Shown piece after piece: positions 45,693 to 56,817 of a stretch of DNA of 64,000 nt (its first letter is position 1; each line of letters starts with the position of its first letter). Origin of the DNA: Gemmatimonadota bacterium. Lineage in GTDB: Bacteria > Gemmatimonadota > Gemmatimonadetes > Gemmatimonadales > GWC2-71-9. The notes under the pieces are model-generated. The model did not search any database. It saw only the letters and a program-made list of their open reading frames with translations, and was not told where the DNA came from. The stretch lies in the NCBI GenBank assembly GCA_036679645.1, contig JAZDCY010000056.1:75911-139910 (forward strand). The letters are read 5' to 3'. The translations under genes were made by a program, and so were the position numbers.

Positions 45693-46736
45693 CTAGACGC
45701 TCAGCGTCTCGCGGGCCGCCTCGAGCACCTTCGCCTGGACATCTCCCATCGACCCTTTCAGGGAGGCCCCGGCAGCCTTGGGATGTCCACCGCCCCCAAA
45801 CCGACCGGCGAGAACGGTGACGTCGACGGCACCGACCGACCGAAACGACACCTTGATGCGCCCGTTGTCGATTGCACGGAACAACATGGCCAGGCGAACA
45901 CCGTCGATGGAACGTGGGAACTCGACGGCCCCCTCGAGCTCTTCTGCCGAGACACCGTGTCGCTCAAACGCGCCGCTCGGCACCGTGATCCACGCCAACC
46001 CCGGAGGCAACTCGACGACGAGCGTTTCCAGGACCTCCGCGAGCAGGCGAAGTCGGCCTTCGGGGGCCGACGCGTACACCCGCGTGTAGATCTCTTCGGC
46101 GCTCAGTCCCTGCGAGAGGAGATCTGCCGCCACGTGAAGCGCGCGCGGCGTCGTATTACTGAAGCGGAACCCACCGGTGTCGGTGAGGATCGCGATGTAC
46201 AGCGCCAGCGCAGCCGGCCGCGGCAGCTCCCAGCCCGCCGTGCGCGCCAGGTCGTAGACAAGCTCACCCGTGGCACTCGCCGCAGAGTCCACGAGCCGCG
46301 GCCCCGATGGCAGCACGCCGTCACTGGTGTGGTGGTCGATGCACGCCACGGGCACGCTGAGCCGTCTGAGACGGTCCGCCAGGTGTCCCAACCGCCCGGC
46401 GTCGGAGATGTCGAGCACGATCACGAGATCCGCTCGATCCAGCTCCTTCACTGCCTTCGCGGACCGGTCCGCGCCGTTCGTCCCGTCGAGCAGAAATGTG
46501 TAGCGCTGCGGAAAGGGGGTCGGATTGGCGATGGTGACGTTCGCGCCCAGACGATCCAGGAGGTGCCACATGGCCACACCGCTCCCGGCGCCGTCACCGT
46601 CGGCGTTGACGTGCGTCGTAAGCACGACGCGCATCCCCGGGCGGATCGCCTCGACGATTGCTGCCGCACCGGCCCGCCGCGACGTGGGCACCTCGAAGGT
46701 CCCGACGGGCAGAGACGAAGATTCATTGCTCGGCAT
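45693..46736 (-). CDS. nrnA: DHH-family phosphoesterase (NrnA-like oligoribonuclease/pAp phosphatase)
   Basis: Motifs HVNADGDGAGS, DHHTS and GGGHPKAAG. I chose the start at the internal Met (MPSNESS, ATG 46736), because the track ORF start at 46847 abuts the divergent symporter gene. Confidence 0.85.
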   Translation of the reverse strand: MPSNESSSLPVGTFEVPTSRRAGAAAIVEAIRPGMRVVLTTHVNADGDGAGSGVAMWHLLDRLGANVTIANPTPFPQRYTFLLDGTNGADRSAKAVKELDRADLVIVLDISDAGRLGHLADRLRRLSVPVACIDHHTSDGVLPSGPRLVDSAASATGELVYDLARTAGWELPRPAALALYIAILTDTGGFRFSNTTPRALHVAADLLSQGLSAEEIYTRVYASAPEGRLRLLAEVLETLVVELPPGLAWITVPSGAFERHGVSAEELEGAVEFPRSIDGVRLAMLFRAIDNGRIKVSFRSVGAVDVTVLAGRFGGGGHPKAAGASLKGSMGDVQAKVLEAARETLSV

Positions 46737-46846
46737 GGGTCCAACAATACCACGCCGCGGCACGAATGCGAAGCGACGCGGTGCCCTTGCACACGGGTGT
46801 CCGCCGCGCCCATCTTGGGACCTCCTCGACCCATCACGGGAGACCA

Positions 46847-48571
46847 ATGGACCAGTTCGAGAGCATTGTCGATTTCCTGAGCGACATCGTCTGGAGCTTG
46901 GGTATACCTGCCGGCGCCGAGGTGATCCCGATCGTCGTGATCGCCCTGATGGGCACGGGTATCTACCTCACGCTCAGACTCGGGTTCATCCAACTGCGTC
47001 ATCTGGGGCATGGCTTTGGCGTCACGTCGGGCAAGTACGATGACCCCAACGAGCCGGGCGACGTATCGCACTTTCAGGCCCTCACCACGGCGCTCTCTGC
47101 AACGGTCGGGATCGGGAACATCGCCGGTGTCGCCATCGCGATTCACTGGGGCGGTCCGGGTGCGCTGTTCTGGATGTGGATGACCGCGTTCCTCGGGATG
47201 GCCACCAAGTACTCCGAGGTCACTCTCGCCCAGCACTTCCGCAAGGTCGAGACCGATGGCGGACGGAGGCAGGGTACGGTATCAGGCGGCCCCATGTACT
47301 ACATCGAGCGCGGCCTGGGCACGCACTGGAAACCGCTCGCGGTGTTCTTCGCGGTGATGCTCGGCTTCACGGCGTTCCTGACCGGCAACGCCGTGCAGGC
47401 CAACACCGTGGCAGATACGATGAACACCGAATTCGGCATCCCGGCGTGGGTCACCGGGCTGATCACCGCGGGTGTCGTGTCCATGGTCATCATTGGTGGG
47501 ATCAGCCGTATTGGGAAAGTGACCGCTGTCGTCGCTCCGCTGATGGCGGCCGTCTACGTTACCGGCGCGCTCGCGATCATCGCGCTGCACGCAGATCAGG
47601 TCATTCCGACGCTTGGCCTGATCTTCCGCGAAGCGTTCAACCCCACGGCAGGCGTTGCGGGCACCGGTGTCGGCGCGGTCCTGGTCACCCTCATGTGGGG
47701 AGTACGACGAGGCCTGTTCTCCAACGAAGCGGGCCAGGGGTCCGCGCCCATTGCGCACGCGGCCGCCAAGACCGATGAGCCCGTGTCCGAGGGCGTCGTG
47801 GCGCTGCTCGAGCCGTTCATCGACACGATCGTGATCTGTTCGATGACCGGCCTCGTGATCATCATGACCGGCGTGTGGAACGAAGCGGTGCCGACCGAAC
47901 TGGTGCTCGACGGCGGCGATGAGTCGTTTGTCGAGGCCAGCGCGAACGGCCGGCACCTCGAGGTGGACGTAGCGACACCCATTCAGGTCGCCGATGGTCG
48001 CCAGTCGGGTGATGTGCGGTTCGCGTGGCACGAGGTCGAGGTGGAGCGCCTCTACATCGACTCGTCCATGACCCAGACGTTCACGGGTGTGATCCAACCG
48101 GAAACCGGCATCGCCGTCGACGCGGGGGGTCAGGAATACATGGCACTCTGGGGTGGCGCGGTGGAGAGCGGCGCGCCGCTCACGATGCTCGGATTCCAGC
48201 GCGGGCTGGGGACCGCAGGTCGCTTCATCGTGCTCATCAGCGTGCTGCTGTTCGCCATCTCGACCGCCATCTCGTGGAGCTACTACGGAGACCGGTGCGC
48301 CAACTATCTCTTTGGCGCGGGCGCGATTCTGCCTTACAAGATGGTCTTCGTCGGCATGCACTTCTTTGGTGCGGTGATCTCGCTCAACGTGATCTGGACG
48401 CTGGGGGATGTAGCACTGGGCATCGTGATCTTGCCAAACCTGCTGGCGCTCGTGCTCCTCTTCCCGAAAATCAAGGAGCTCACCAACAGCTACTTCCAGC
48501 GGAAACCGTGGTTGGAAAACCTCGAAGTGCACAAGAAGATCGTCGCAGCAAGAAAGAAAGGCGGCTCCTAA
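46847..48571 (+). CDS. alanine/glycine:cation symporter (AGCS family)
   Basis: ATG at 46847 follows GGGAGA. FQALTTALSATVGIGNIAGVAIAIHWGGPGALFWMW is a typical AGCS signature. Confidence 0.9.
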   Translation: MDQFESIVDFLSDIVWSLGIPAGAEVIPIVVIALMGTGIYLTLRLGFIQLRHLGHGFGVTSGKYDDPNEPGDVSHFQALTTALSATVGIGNIAGVAIAIHWGGPGALFWMWMTAFLGMATKYSEVTLAQHFRKVETDGGRRQGTVSGGPMYYIERGLGTHWKPLAVFFAVMLGFTAFLTGNAVQANTVADTMNTEFGIPAWVTGLITAGVVSMVIIGGISRIGKVTAVVAPLMAAVYVTGALAIIALHADQVIPTLGLIFREAFNPTAGVAGTGVGAVLVTLMWGVRRGLFSNEAGQGSAPIAHAAAKTDEPVSEGVVALLEPFIDTIVICSMTGLVIIMTGVWNEAVPTELVLDGGDESFVEASANGRHLEVDVATPIQVADGRQSGDVRFAWHEVEVERLYIDSSMTQTFTGVIQPETGIAVDAGGQEYMALWGGAVESGAPLTMLGFQRGLGTAGRFIVLISVLLFAISTAISWSYYGDRCANYLFGAGAILPYKMVFVGMHFFGAVISLNVIWTLGDVALGIVILPNLLALVLLFPKIKELTNSYFQRKPWLENLEVHKKIVAARKKGGS

Positions 48572-48635
48572 CCCCCTTCCTTCCGCAATCGGGCTCCGCG
48601 TCACATCTTAGGCTGTCCCCGCCAGGGAGTCTTCG

Positions 48636-49754
48636 ATGGAGCGTCGCGATTTCTTTCGTGCCGGGTTGGCGGCTAGCTTCGCCAGCCTCGGCGGCCCCGC
48701 CTCGGCCCTCGCGCTCGACCCGGTCGCAGCGCGCCGCCTCGGCCCGCTGCGTCTGAATTTCAACGAGAACGCGCTCGGCCTCTCAATGGCCGCTCGACGG
48801 GCCGTGATCGACGGTATCATGGAGGGCAATCGGTACCCCCACTCGGCCACGACCCCTCTCCTCGCGGCGCTTGCGCTGAAACACGACGTCCCGCCAGAGA
48901 GCATCGTGTTCGGAAACGGGTCCACTGAGATCCTGCGAATCGCGGTGAGCGCCCTTGGCGGTGCGGACGCAACCATCGTCCTCGCCGATCCCACGTTCGA
49001 GGACGTCCCTGGCTACTCCACGCCCTTTGGGCCTCGTCTGGAACGCATTCCGCTCGCGGGCGACTTCGCCCACGACATTCCCGCGATGCGCACACGAGCG
49101 GAAGCGGCCGACGGACCGGTATTGGTGTACATATGCAATCCGAACAATCCAACAGCTACGCTGACCGACTGCGACTCCATCGACGAGTGGATAGCACACG
49201 CACAGGACAACGTATACTTCCTCATTGACGAGGCGTACTTCGAGTACGTTAACAGCAGTCACTATCGCACGTCGGTGAAGTGGGTGGCGGACAAGCGCAA
49301 CGTACTGGTCGTGCGCACCTTCTCGAAGATCTACGCGATGGCCGGTATGCGCGTGGGGTACGGCATGGCACACCCGGAGACGGCTGCGAAACTCCGGGCC
49401 TACGTGACGCGGAACACACCGAATCACCTTGCCGGTGCCGCCGCTCTGGCCTCACTACAAGACGAGCACATGGTCCCACGCAGCCTCGAGAACAACCGGC
49501 GCTGTATGGAAATCGTCTTGGGTACGTTCGACGAACTCGGTATCGAGTACATACCGAGCCAGGCGAACTTCATGATGCACCGCGTGAGCGGTGATCTCGC
49601 GACGTACATCGAGCGCATGCTGGAACACGGCGTTCGCGTGGGCCGTCAGTTCCCGCCGATGCTCGGCTACAACCGACTCTCGATGGGATTGCCGGAAGAG
49701 ATGGAAACGTTTGTGGACGTCTTGCGGACGTTCAGGGAGAGAGGATGGGCGTGA
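48636..49754 (+). CDS. class-II PLP aminotransferase (HisC-like) with a twin-arginine signal peptide
   Basis: MERRDFFRAGLAASFASLGGPASALA gives an RRxFF Tat motif and an AxA site. PLP lysine context: RTFSKIYAMAGMRVGY. Also NPNNPT. Confidence 0.8.
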   Translation: MERRDFFRAGLAASFASLGGPASALALDPVAARRLGPLRLNFNENALGLSMAARRAVIDGIMEGNRYPHSATTPLLAALALKHDVPPESIVFGNGSTEILRIAVSALGGADATIVLADPTFEDVPGYSTPFGPRLERIPLAGDFAHDIPAMRTRAEAADGPVLVYICNPNNPTATLTDCDSIDEWIAHAQDNVYFLIDEAYFEYVNSSHYRTSVKWVADKRNVLVVRTFSKIYAMAGMRVGYGMAHPETAAKLRAYVTRNTPNHLAGAAALASLQDEHMVPRSLENNRRCMEIVLGTFDELGIEYIPSQANFMMHRVSGDLATYIERMLEHGVRVGRQFPPMLGYNRLSMGLPEEMETFVDVLRTFRERGWA

Positions 49755-49755
49755 G

Positions 49756-49828
49756 GATTACAGATTACAGATTGGAGATTGGAGATTGGAATCGCCAATC
49801 TCTAATCGCCAATCGCTAATCTATAATC
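49756..49828. repeat. AT-rich heptad-repeat palindrome: 5 GATTNNA units facing 5 inverted units
   Basis: GATTACA x2 and GATTGGA x3 (49756-49790) face CCAATCT, CTAATCG, CCAATCG, CTAATCT, ATAATC. Hand pairing of 49756-89 with 49795-828 gives 29 Watson-Crick pairs plus 1 G-T in 34 positions, with the loop AATCG. Confidence 0.85.
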
Positions 49829-49831
49829 GAT

Positions 49832-52576
49832 ATGAGTGACATCACTGAGCGACTCACGGTCGCCATTGCCGACCGCTACAAGATCGAGTCCCACCTCGGC
49901 CAGGGTGGGATGGCGACCGTCTACCTGGCGCACGACGTCAAGCACGACCGCAAGGTCGCGCTCAAAGTATTGCGCCCCGAGTTGGCCGCCGTGATCGGCG
50001 CCGAGCGGTTCCTGCAGGAGATCAAGGTCACCGCCAACCTGCAGCACCCCAACATCCTGGCGCTCTACGATTCCGGCGAGGCGGACACGTTCCTCTACTA
50101 CGTCATGCCCTATATCGAGGGCGAGTCGTTACGCGACAAACTCGAGCGTGAGAAGCAGCTCGCCATCGAAGATGCCATCGAGATCACCCGTGGTGTCGCC
50201 GCAGCGTTGGACTACGCCCATCGGCAGGGCGTGATCCATCGGGACATCAAGCCAGAGAACATCCTGCTGCATGATGGCCGACCCGTGGTCGCGGATTTTG
50301 GCATAGCGTTGGCGGTGAGCGCGGCGGCGGGCGGCCGGATGACGGAAACGGGGCTCTCGCTCGGCACGCCGCATTACATGAGTCCCGAGCAGGCCACGGC
50401 GGAGAAGGACATCACGAACCGGTCGGATGTCTACTCGTTGGGGTGTGTGCTGTACGAGATGCTGGCAGGCGATCCGCCCTACACGGGAAGCACCGCGCAG
50501 GCGATCGTGGCGAAGGTGATCACGGAAAAGGCGGCGCCCGTGACCGCCATCCGCGATACGGTGCCGCCGCACGTCGCCGCCGTGGTGCAGAAAGCGCTCA
50601 GCAAGCTCCCAGCGGATCGTTTCTCGACCGCGGCGACGCTCGCCGAGGCGCTCGTACGTCCCTCTCTGCTGGATGCCGACCGCCTATCGGTGACCGTGAG
50701 CGCGGGCGAGCCGTCGCGGCAGCGAATGCCTCGCGCGGTCTGGCTGCTCGCAGCCGCGCTCGTCGTCATGACGGCCGTGACCGGATGGGCGTTGTTGCGA
50801 TCGCCTGAGTTACCGGTGGTGCGCCTCACGATTGGGATCCCGCAAGAACAGCAGCGCATTCTATATGGCGGCATCAACCTCACCCCCCCGCGGGTCGCAC
50901 TGACACCGGATGGATCGAGTCTCATCTACGTGGGCGTGGAAGAGAACTACACGGGTGTGGCCGTGTCCGGCTCCAGGACCCTGAGTGTGCGGTCGCAGCT
51001 CTGGTTCCGGCCGCTCGATGAATTGGAGGCGCGACCCATGCCGGGCACGCAAAACGGGTGGGCACCGGAGGTGTCACCGGACGGGGAGGAGTTCGTCTTC
51101 ACCGTGTTCGGCGAGGGCCAGGCGCAGGTCAAGATCGCGGCGTTCTCCGGCGGTCCTCCATTGACGGTGGCGGCATCCGGTGTCGGTTCGTCAGCGTCCT
51201 GGGGGACTGATGGCCACGTCTACTTCGTGGATGAGTCTGGAGTCGGCGTGCGGCGCGTGCCTCTCGGCGGAGGACCGGTCGAAGTCGTAACCACACTTGC
51301 TCCATTCCCCGATGGTGCCCGGCTCATGTGGCCCCACGTCCTCCCGGGGGCCCGAGGAGCCATCGCGACCGTCGGAACTCAGGCCCAATCTCGCCTGGCG
51401 AGTCACGAGCTTCATGCCATCGACTTCGCCTCCGGCACGTCGACTCCGCTCGTGGTTGGCGTGTACGGGATATACAGCCCTTCCGGGCACATTGTCTACG
51501 TAACGGCCGACGGGGTGTTGATGGCTGTGCCGTTTGACGTCGACGGGTTGCGCACGACAGGTCGGCCCACGGCGCTTGTGCAAGGAGTGGACTACCGCAA
51601 CAACGGGGCGAGTGACATCACAATCTCGAGCACGGGGACGCTGATCTACGCCACGGAAGGACTCAATGCTCCGGAGATCGCCGTCTGGGTCGATCGGACC
51701 GGGCGCGTCGAGCCCGTCGATCCTGGGTGGGCTGGTGAGCTCGAGTTCGAGGGCCTGGCGCTTTCCCCCGATGGATCCCGCTTGGCGGTCGAACTCGTCG
51801 CGGGCGGGCGCGGCGACATCTGGATCAAGCAACTCGACCGCGGGCCCCTATCGCGCCTCAGCTTCGAAGGCACGGACAATCGCACGCCGGCGTGGAGCCC
51901 CGATGGGCTGTCGGTATTGTACCTGTCTCTCGTCGAAGAGGGCGGGTGGGAGCTGCTCATGAGACGGTCCGACGGCAGTGGCGAGGCCGAGCGGCTGCCC
52001 TCACCCCAGGGCAGGGTTCGCGAGGCAGTGTGGACGCCCGACGGGACTTCCCTGGTTGCGGCCGTATCGGGCCCGACCGGCGACGATGTGCTTCTCCTCC
52101 GTCTCGACACAGAGAGCTCCTGGACCGCAATTCTCGACGGAGCCGACGACGAATACCAGCCAGCCGTCTCACCGGACGGCCGTTGGCTCGCCTACGTCTC
52201 GGAGGAATCAGGACAACCTGAGGTTTATGTCCGCCCCTTCCCCAACACGGCCGGTGGGAAGTGGCAGATTTCTACGAGTGGCGGACTCGAGCCGTTGTGG
52301 AGCGCGGACGGCCGCGAGCTCTACTACCGCACCTTCGGCGGTAGCACGGTCTGGGCCGCGTCGATGACCGGCGGGCCGGCGGGCGCGGTACGCCGCGAAT
52401 TGTTCAGCATCCCAGATGGGGTTTACGAAAACAATCCGCGGAACAAGCTCCACGCGCTCACGCCGGACGGCCGCCGCTTCATCATGATCAATCAGACGGG
52501 CGAGGGCGACCTTTCCGGAGATCTCGTGTTCGTACAGAATTTCTTTGCTGAGCTGAAGGAGAAGACCGCAAGGTGA
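49832..52576 (+). CDS. Ser/Thr protein kinase + TM + TolB-like (PD40/WD40-like) beta-propeller
   Basis: 914 aa. Kinase motifs: GQGGMATVYLAHD, VALKVL, HRDIKPENILL, DFGIA, GTPHYMSPE. TM segment: AVWLLAAALVVMTAVTGWALL. Repeated SPDG propeller motifs. Confidence 0.85.
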   Translation: MSDITERLTVAIADRYKIESHLGQGGMATVYLAHDVKHDRKVALKVLRPELAAVIGAERFLQEIKVTANLQHPNILALYDSGEADTFLYYVMPYIEGESLRDKLEREKQLAIEDAIEITRGVAAALDYAHRQGVIHRDIKPENILLHDGRPVVADFGIALAVSAAAGGRMTETGLSLGTPHYMSPEQATAEKDITNRSDVYSLGCVLYEMLAGDPPYTGSTAQAIVAKVITEKAAPVTAIRDTVPPHVAAVVQKALSKLPADRFSTAATLAEALVRPSLLDADRLSVTVSAGEPSRQRMPRAVWLLAAALVVMTAVTGWALLRSPELPVVRLTIGIPQEQQRILYGGINLTPPRVALTPDGSSLIYVGVEENYTGVAVSGSRTLSVRSQLWFRPLDELEARPMPGTQNGWAPEVSPDGEEFVFTVFGEGQAQVKIAAFSGGPPLTVAASGVGSSASWGTDGHVYFVDESGVGVRRVPLGGGPVEVVTTLAPFPDGARLMWPHVLPGARGAIATVGTQAQSRLASHELHAIDFASGTSTPLVVGVYGIYSPSGHIVYVTADGVLMAVPFDVDGLRTTGRPTALVQGVDYRNNGASDITISSTGTLIYATEGLNAPEIAVWVDRTGRVEPVDPGWAGELEFEGLALSPDGSRLAVELVAGGRGDIWIKQLDRGPLSRLSFEGTDNRTPAWSPDGLSVLYLSLVEEGGWELLMRRSDGSGEAERLPSPQGRVREAVWTPDGTSLVAAVSGPTGDDVLLLRLDTESSWTAILDGADDEYQPAVSPDGRWLAYVSEESGQPEVYVRPFPNTAGGKWQISTSGGLEPLWSADGRELYYRTFGGSTVWAASMTGGPAGAVRRELFSIPDGVYENNPRNKLHALTPDGRRFIMINQTGEGDLSGDLVFVQNFFAELKEKTAR

Positions 52577-55221
52577 GCGACATTACGGAGCGCCTTTCCA
52601 CCGCGATCGCCGATCGCTACAAGATCGAGTCCCACCTCGGCCAGGGTGGGATGGCGACCGTGTATCTGGCGCACGACGTCAAGCACGACCGCAAGGTCGC
52701 GCTCAAAGTATTGCGCCCCGAGTTGGCCGCCGTGATAGGCGCCGAGCGCTTCTTGCAGGAGATCAAGGTCACCGCCAACCTGCAGCATCCGCACATCCTG
52801 CCGCTGCACGACTCCGGCGAAGCCGACACGTTCCTCTATTACGTGATGCCCTACATCGAGGGCGAGTCGTTGCGCGACAAGCTCGACCGTGAGAAGCAAC
52901 TCGGCATCGAGGACGCCATCGACATCACCAAGAACGTGGCCGCAGCGTTGGACTACGCGCACCGTCAGGGTGTGATCCATCGTGACATTAAGCCCGAAAA
53001 CATCCTGCTGCATGACGGGCAGGCGCAGGTGGCGGACTTCGGGATCGCGCTGGCGGTAAGCGAGGCGAGCGGGAATCGTCTGACGGAGACGGGCCTCAGC
53101 ATCGGGACGCCGCACTACATGAGCCCCGAGCAGGCAATGGGCGACCGCGAGCTCGACTCGCGTAGCGACGTCTACTCGTTGGGCGCCATGCTGTACGAGA
53201 TGCTGACCGGCGATCCGCCGTACACCGGGAGCACCGCGCAGGCGATCGTGGCAAAGGTGATCACGGAGAAGGCGCCACCGGTGACGGCCATTCGGGATAC
53301 GGTCCCGAGCCACGTTGCGGCGGCAGTTGAGAAATCGCTCAGCAAGCTGCCGGCGGATCGGTTCACGACGGCGGCCGATTTCGCGGTCGCCCTGTCCCAA
53401 CAGGCCGTAGCACCTGTTGCGGCCGCAGGCACCGGGACTGCCGGCGTGACGGGCGACGCCCAAACGTGGACCCTCACGCTGCCGAAGATCGACGTGCGGC
53501 GCGCAGTTCCGTGGGTACTGGTAGCCGCCATGGCTGTAGCGACCTGGTGGTTTGCAAGCCGACCGGCACCAGTCCAGCGCATCGTACGCCTACACGTCGC
53601 GCTCCCGGAGGACGCCGCACTCGGCGACGCCCTCAACGGCCGCTCGATTGCGCTGTCACCGGACGGGTCGCAGATCGTGTACGTCGGCGACGGTGGCCAA
53701 CTCTACCTGCGGCGCCTCGACCAGCTAGAAGCACGTCCGCTGCCCGGAACCTCGAACGCGCACACCCCCTTCTTCTCACCGGACGGTGCGTGGGTGGGCT
53801 ACAGCCAACCGCCCGACCTGAAGAAGGTCGCACTGGCGTGGGGTCCCCCGCTCACAATCGGCGCGGCGCCCAACTTGCGCGGAGCGAGTTGGACGCCTGA
53901 AGGGACAATCGTGTTCGCGCCGACGAATGCCAGTGGGCTCCTGCGCGTGTCAGACGGAGGGGGAACACCCGATACGCTGACGCGAGCCGATTCCGCGGGC
54001 GGCTCGGACCGGTTGCCGCAGGTACTGCCTGGCGGGCGGGCAATACTTTTCACGCATTGGGTGAGTTCGGTAGACGATTCGTACACCGCCGTCCTCGATA
54101 CGAGGACTGGCGAAACCACACGACTCCTCGCGGGCGTTGACGCACGCTATGTCGCAACCGGTCACCTGGTGTACGCGACCGCGGACGGTTCTCTGCTGGC
54201 GGTGCCGTTCGATGTGAATCGGCTCGAGGTCACTGGTAACCCGGTCGCGCTTCTCGAAGGAGTAACGGTCAAGGCAAGTGCCGTTGCAGAAGTCGCGATC
54301 GCAGGTGATGGAACGCTGCTCTATGTCTCGGGCCTCGCGACCGAGCGGAACCTCATTGCCGCGGATCGCCGGGGCGTGCAGCGTATCTTGGTCGAGGAAC
54401 TCAACGCCGCCGGGAGCCCACGTGTTTCGCCGGACGGTCGCCACATCGCGTTGAGGCTCGTAGTCGACGGCAACACGGACATTTGGATCTTCGATGTGAG
54501 CCAAGGGACCCTTTCTCGTCTCACTTTCGAAGGAAACAACGACTACCCGGTGTGGTCGCTCGATGGCCGTTACGTGTATTTCGGTTCCGCCCGCCAAGAA
54601 CGCGATCGTGATATTTACCGACGTGCCGCCGACGGCAGCGGCGCGATCGAGGAGGTGCTGATCCGGGATGGGTCCCAGTGGGAGTTCCTCCCCGTGCGCG
54701 GAGACAGCCTCTTCGTGTTCCGGGAAGGGTCGCCGACTGGCGGTCGCGATATCTGGGTTGGCCGAACCGACGGGTCCGATTTCACACCATATGTGGCAAC
54801 CGAGTTCAACGAGCGCGCTCCCGCGATCTCACCGGACGGCCGATGGCTGGCGTACACCTCGAATGAATCCGGGGTCGACGAGATCTACGTCAGGGAGTTC
54901 CCCGAGCCCAGCGGTCGCTGGCAAGTGTCCACGGACGGCGGGGTCGACGCCGTATGGGCCGTGTCCGGTAGCGAGATTTATTATCGCGACGGTCAACGGC
55001 TCATCGCAGTTCCCATGTCGGCCAACCCAACGCCGACCTTCGGGCAACGTGAGACTCTCTTCGAATGGCGTGCCACCGGCAACAGCCAGCATGCCCAGTA
55101 CGACATCAACTCCGCGACCGACGAGTTCGTGGCGCTCGTTCCCAGGGGCGATTCGAACGCGGAGATGATCGTGGTGCTGAACTGGTTCGAGGAGCTTCGG
55201 GCACGAACCGGCAGCAACTGA
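52573..55221 (+). CDS. Ser/Thr protein kinase + TM + TolB-like beta-propeller (tandem paralog)
   Basis: 882 aa. GTG start in a GTGA overlap with the upstream stop. The N-terminal ~120 aa are nearly identical to the upstream kinase. Confidence 0.85.
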   Translation: MSDITERLSTAIADRYKIESHLGQGGMATVYLAHDVKHDRKVALKVLRPELAAVIGAERFLQEIKVTANLQHPHILPLHDSGEADTFLYYVMPYIEGESLRDKLDREKQLGIEDAIDITKNVAAALDYAHRQGVIHRDIKPENILLHDGQAQVADFGIALAVSEASGNRLTETGLSIGTPHYMSPEQAMGDRELDSRSDVYSLGAMLYEMLTGDPPYTGSTAQAIVAKVITEKAPPVTAIRDTVPSHVAAAVEKSLSKLPADRFTTAADFAVALSQQAVAPVAAAGTGTAGVTGDAQTWTLTLPKIDVRRAVPWVLVAAMAVATWWFASRPAPVQRIVRLHVALPEDAALGDALNGRSIALSPDGSQIVYVGDGGQLYLRRLDQLEARPLPGTSNAHTPFFSPDGAWVGYSQPPDLKKVALAWGPPLTIGAAPNLRGASWTPEGTIVFAPTNASGLLRVSDGGGTPDTLTRADSAGGSDRLPQVLPGGRAILFTHWVSSVDDSYTAVLDTRTGETTRLLAGVDARYVATGHLVYATADGSLLAVPFDVNRLEVTGNPVALLEGVTVKASAVAEVAIAGDGTLLYVSGLATERNLIAADRRGVQRILVEELNAAGSPRVSPDGRHIALRLVVDGNTDIWIFDVSQGTLSRLTFEGNNDYPVWSLDGRYVYFGSARQERDRDIYRRAADGSGAIEEVLIRDGSQWEFLPVRGDSLFVFREGSPTGGRDIWVGRTDGSDFTPYVATEFNERAPAISPDGRWLAYTSNESGVDEIYVREFPEPSGRWQVSTDGGVDAVWAVSGSEIYYRDGQRLIAVPMSANPTPTFGQRETLFEWRATGNSQHAQYDINSATDEFVALVPRGDSNAEMIVVLNWFEELRARTGSN

Positions 55222-55237
55222 GTTGTGACGGGACCAT

Positions 55238-56797
<1,560 letters not shown>

Positions 56798-56817
56798 TCA
56801 CAGAATCAAGCGGAGCG

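Noticed and set aside
46737-46846. Glycine or other riboswitch upstream of the AGCS symporter
   Set aside because: The 110-nt divergent intergenic region shows no recognisable glycine-riboswitch core by eye. A covariance-model scan would be needed to be sure.
45138-46880. 580-aa plus-strand ORF
   Set aside because: It lies antisense to two strongly supported genes (mrp/apbC and nrnA). The product is Arg/Pro/Gly-rich with no motifs. This is the typical open antisense frame of GC-rich DNA.
47282-48604. 440-aa minus-strand ORF
   Set aside because: It lies antisense to the AGCS symporter gene, which has clear family signatures. The composition is Arg/His/Asp-rich nonsense.
49822-49827. TATAAT as a promoter -10 for a leaderless kinase mRNA
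   Set aside because: I found no convincing -35 at the right spacing, and the promoter consensus for this lineage is unknown to me. It is kept as a possibility inside the palindrome finding, not as a feature.
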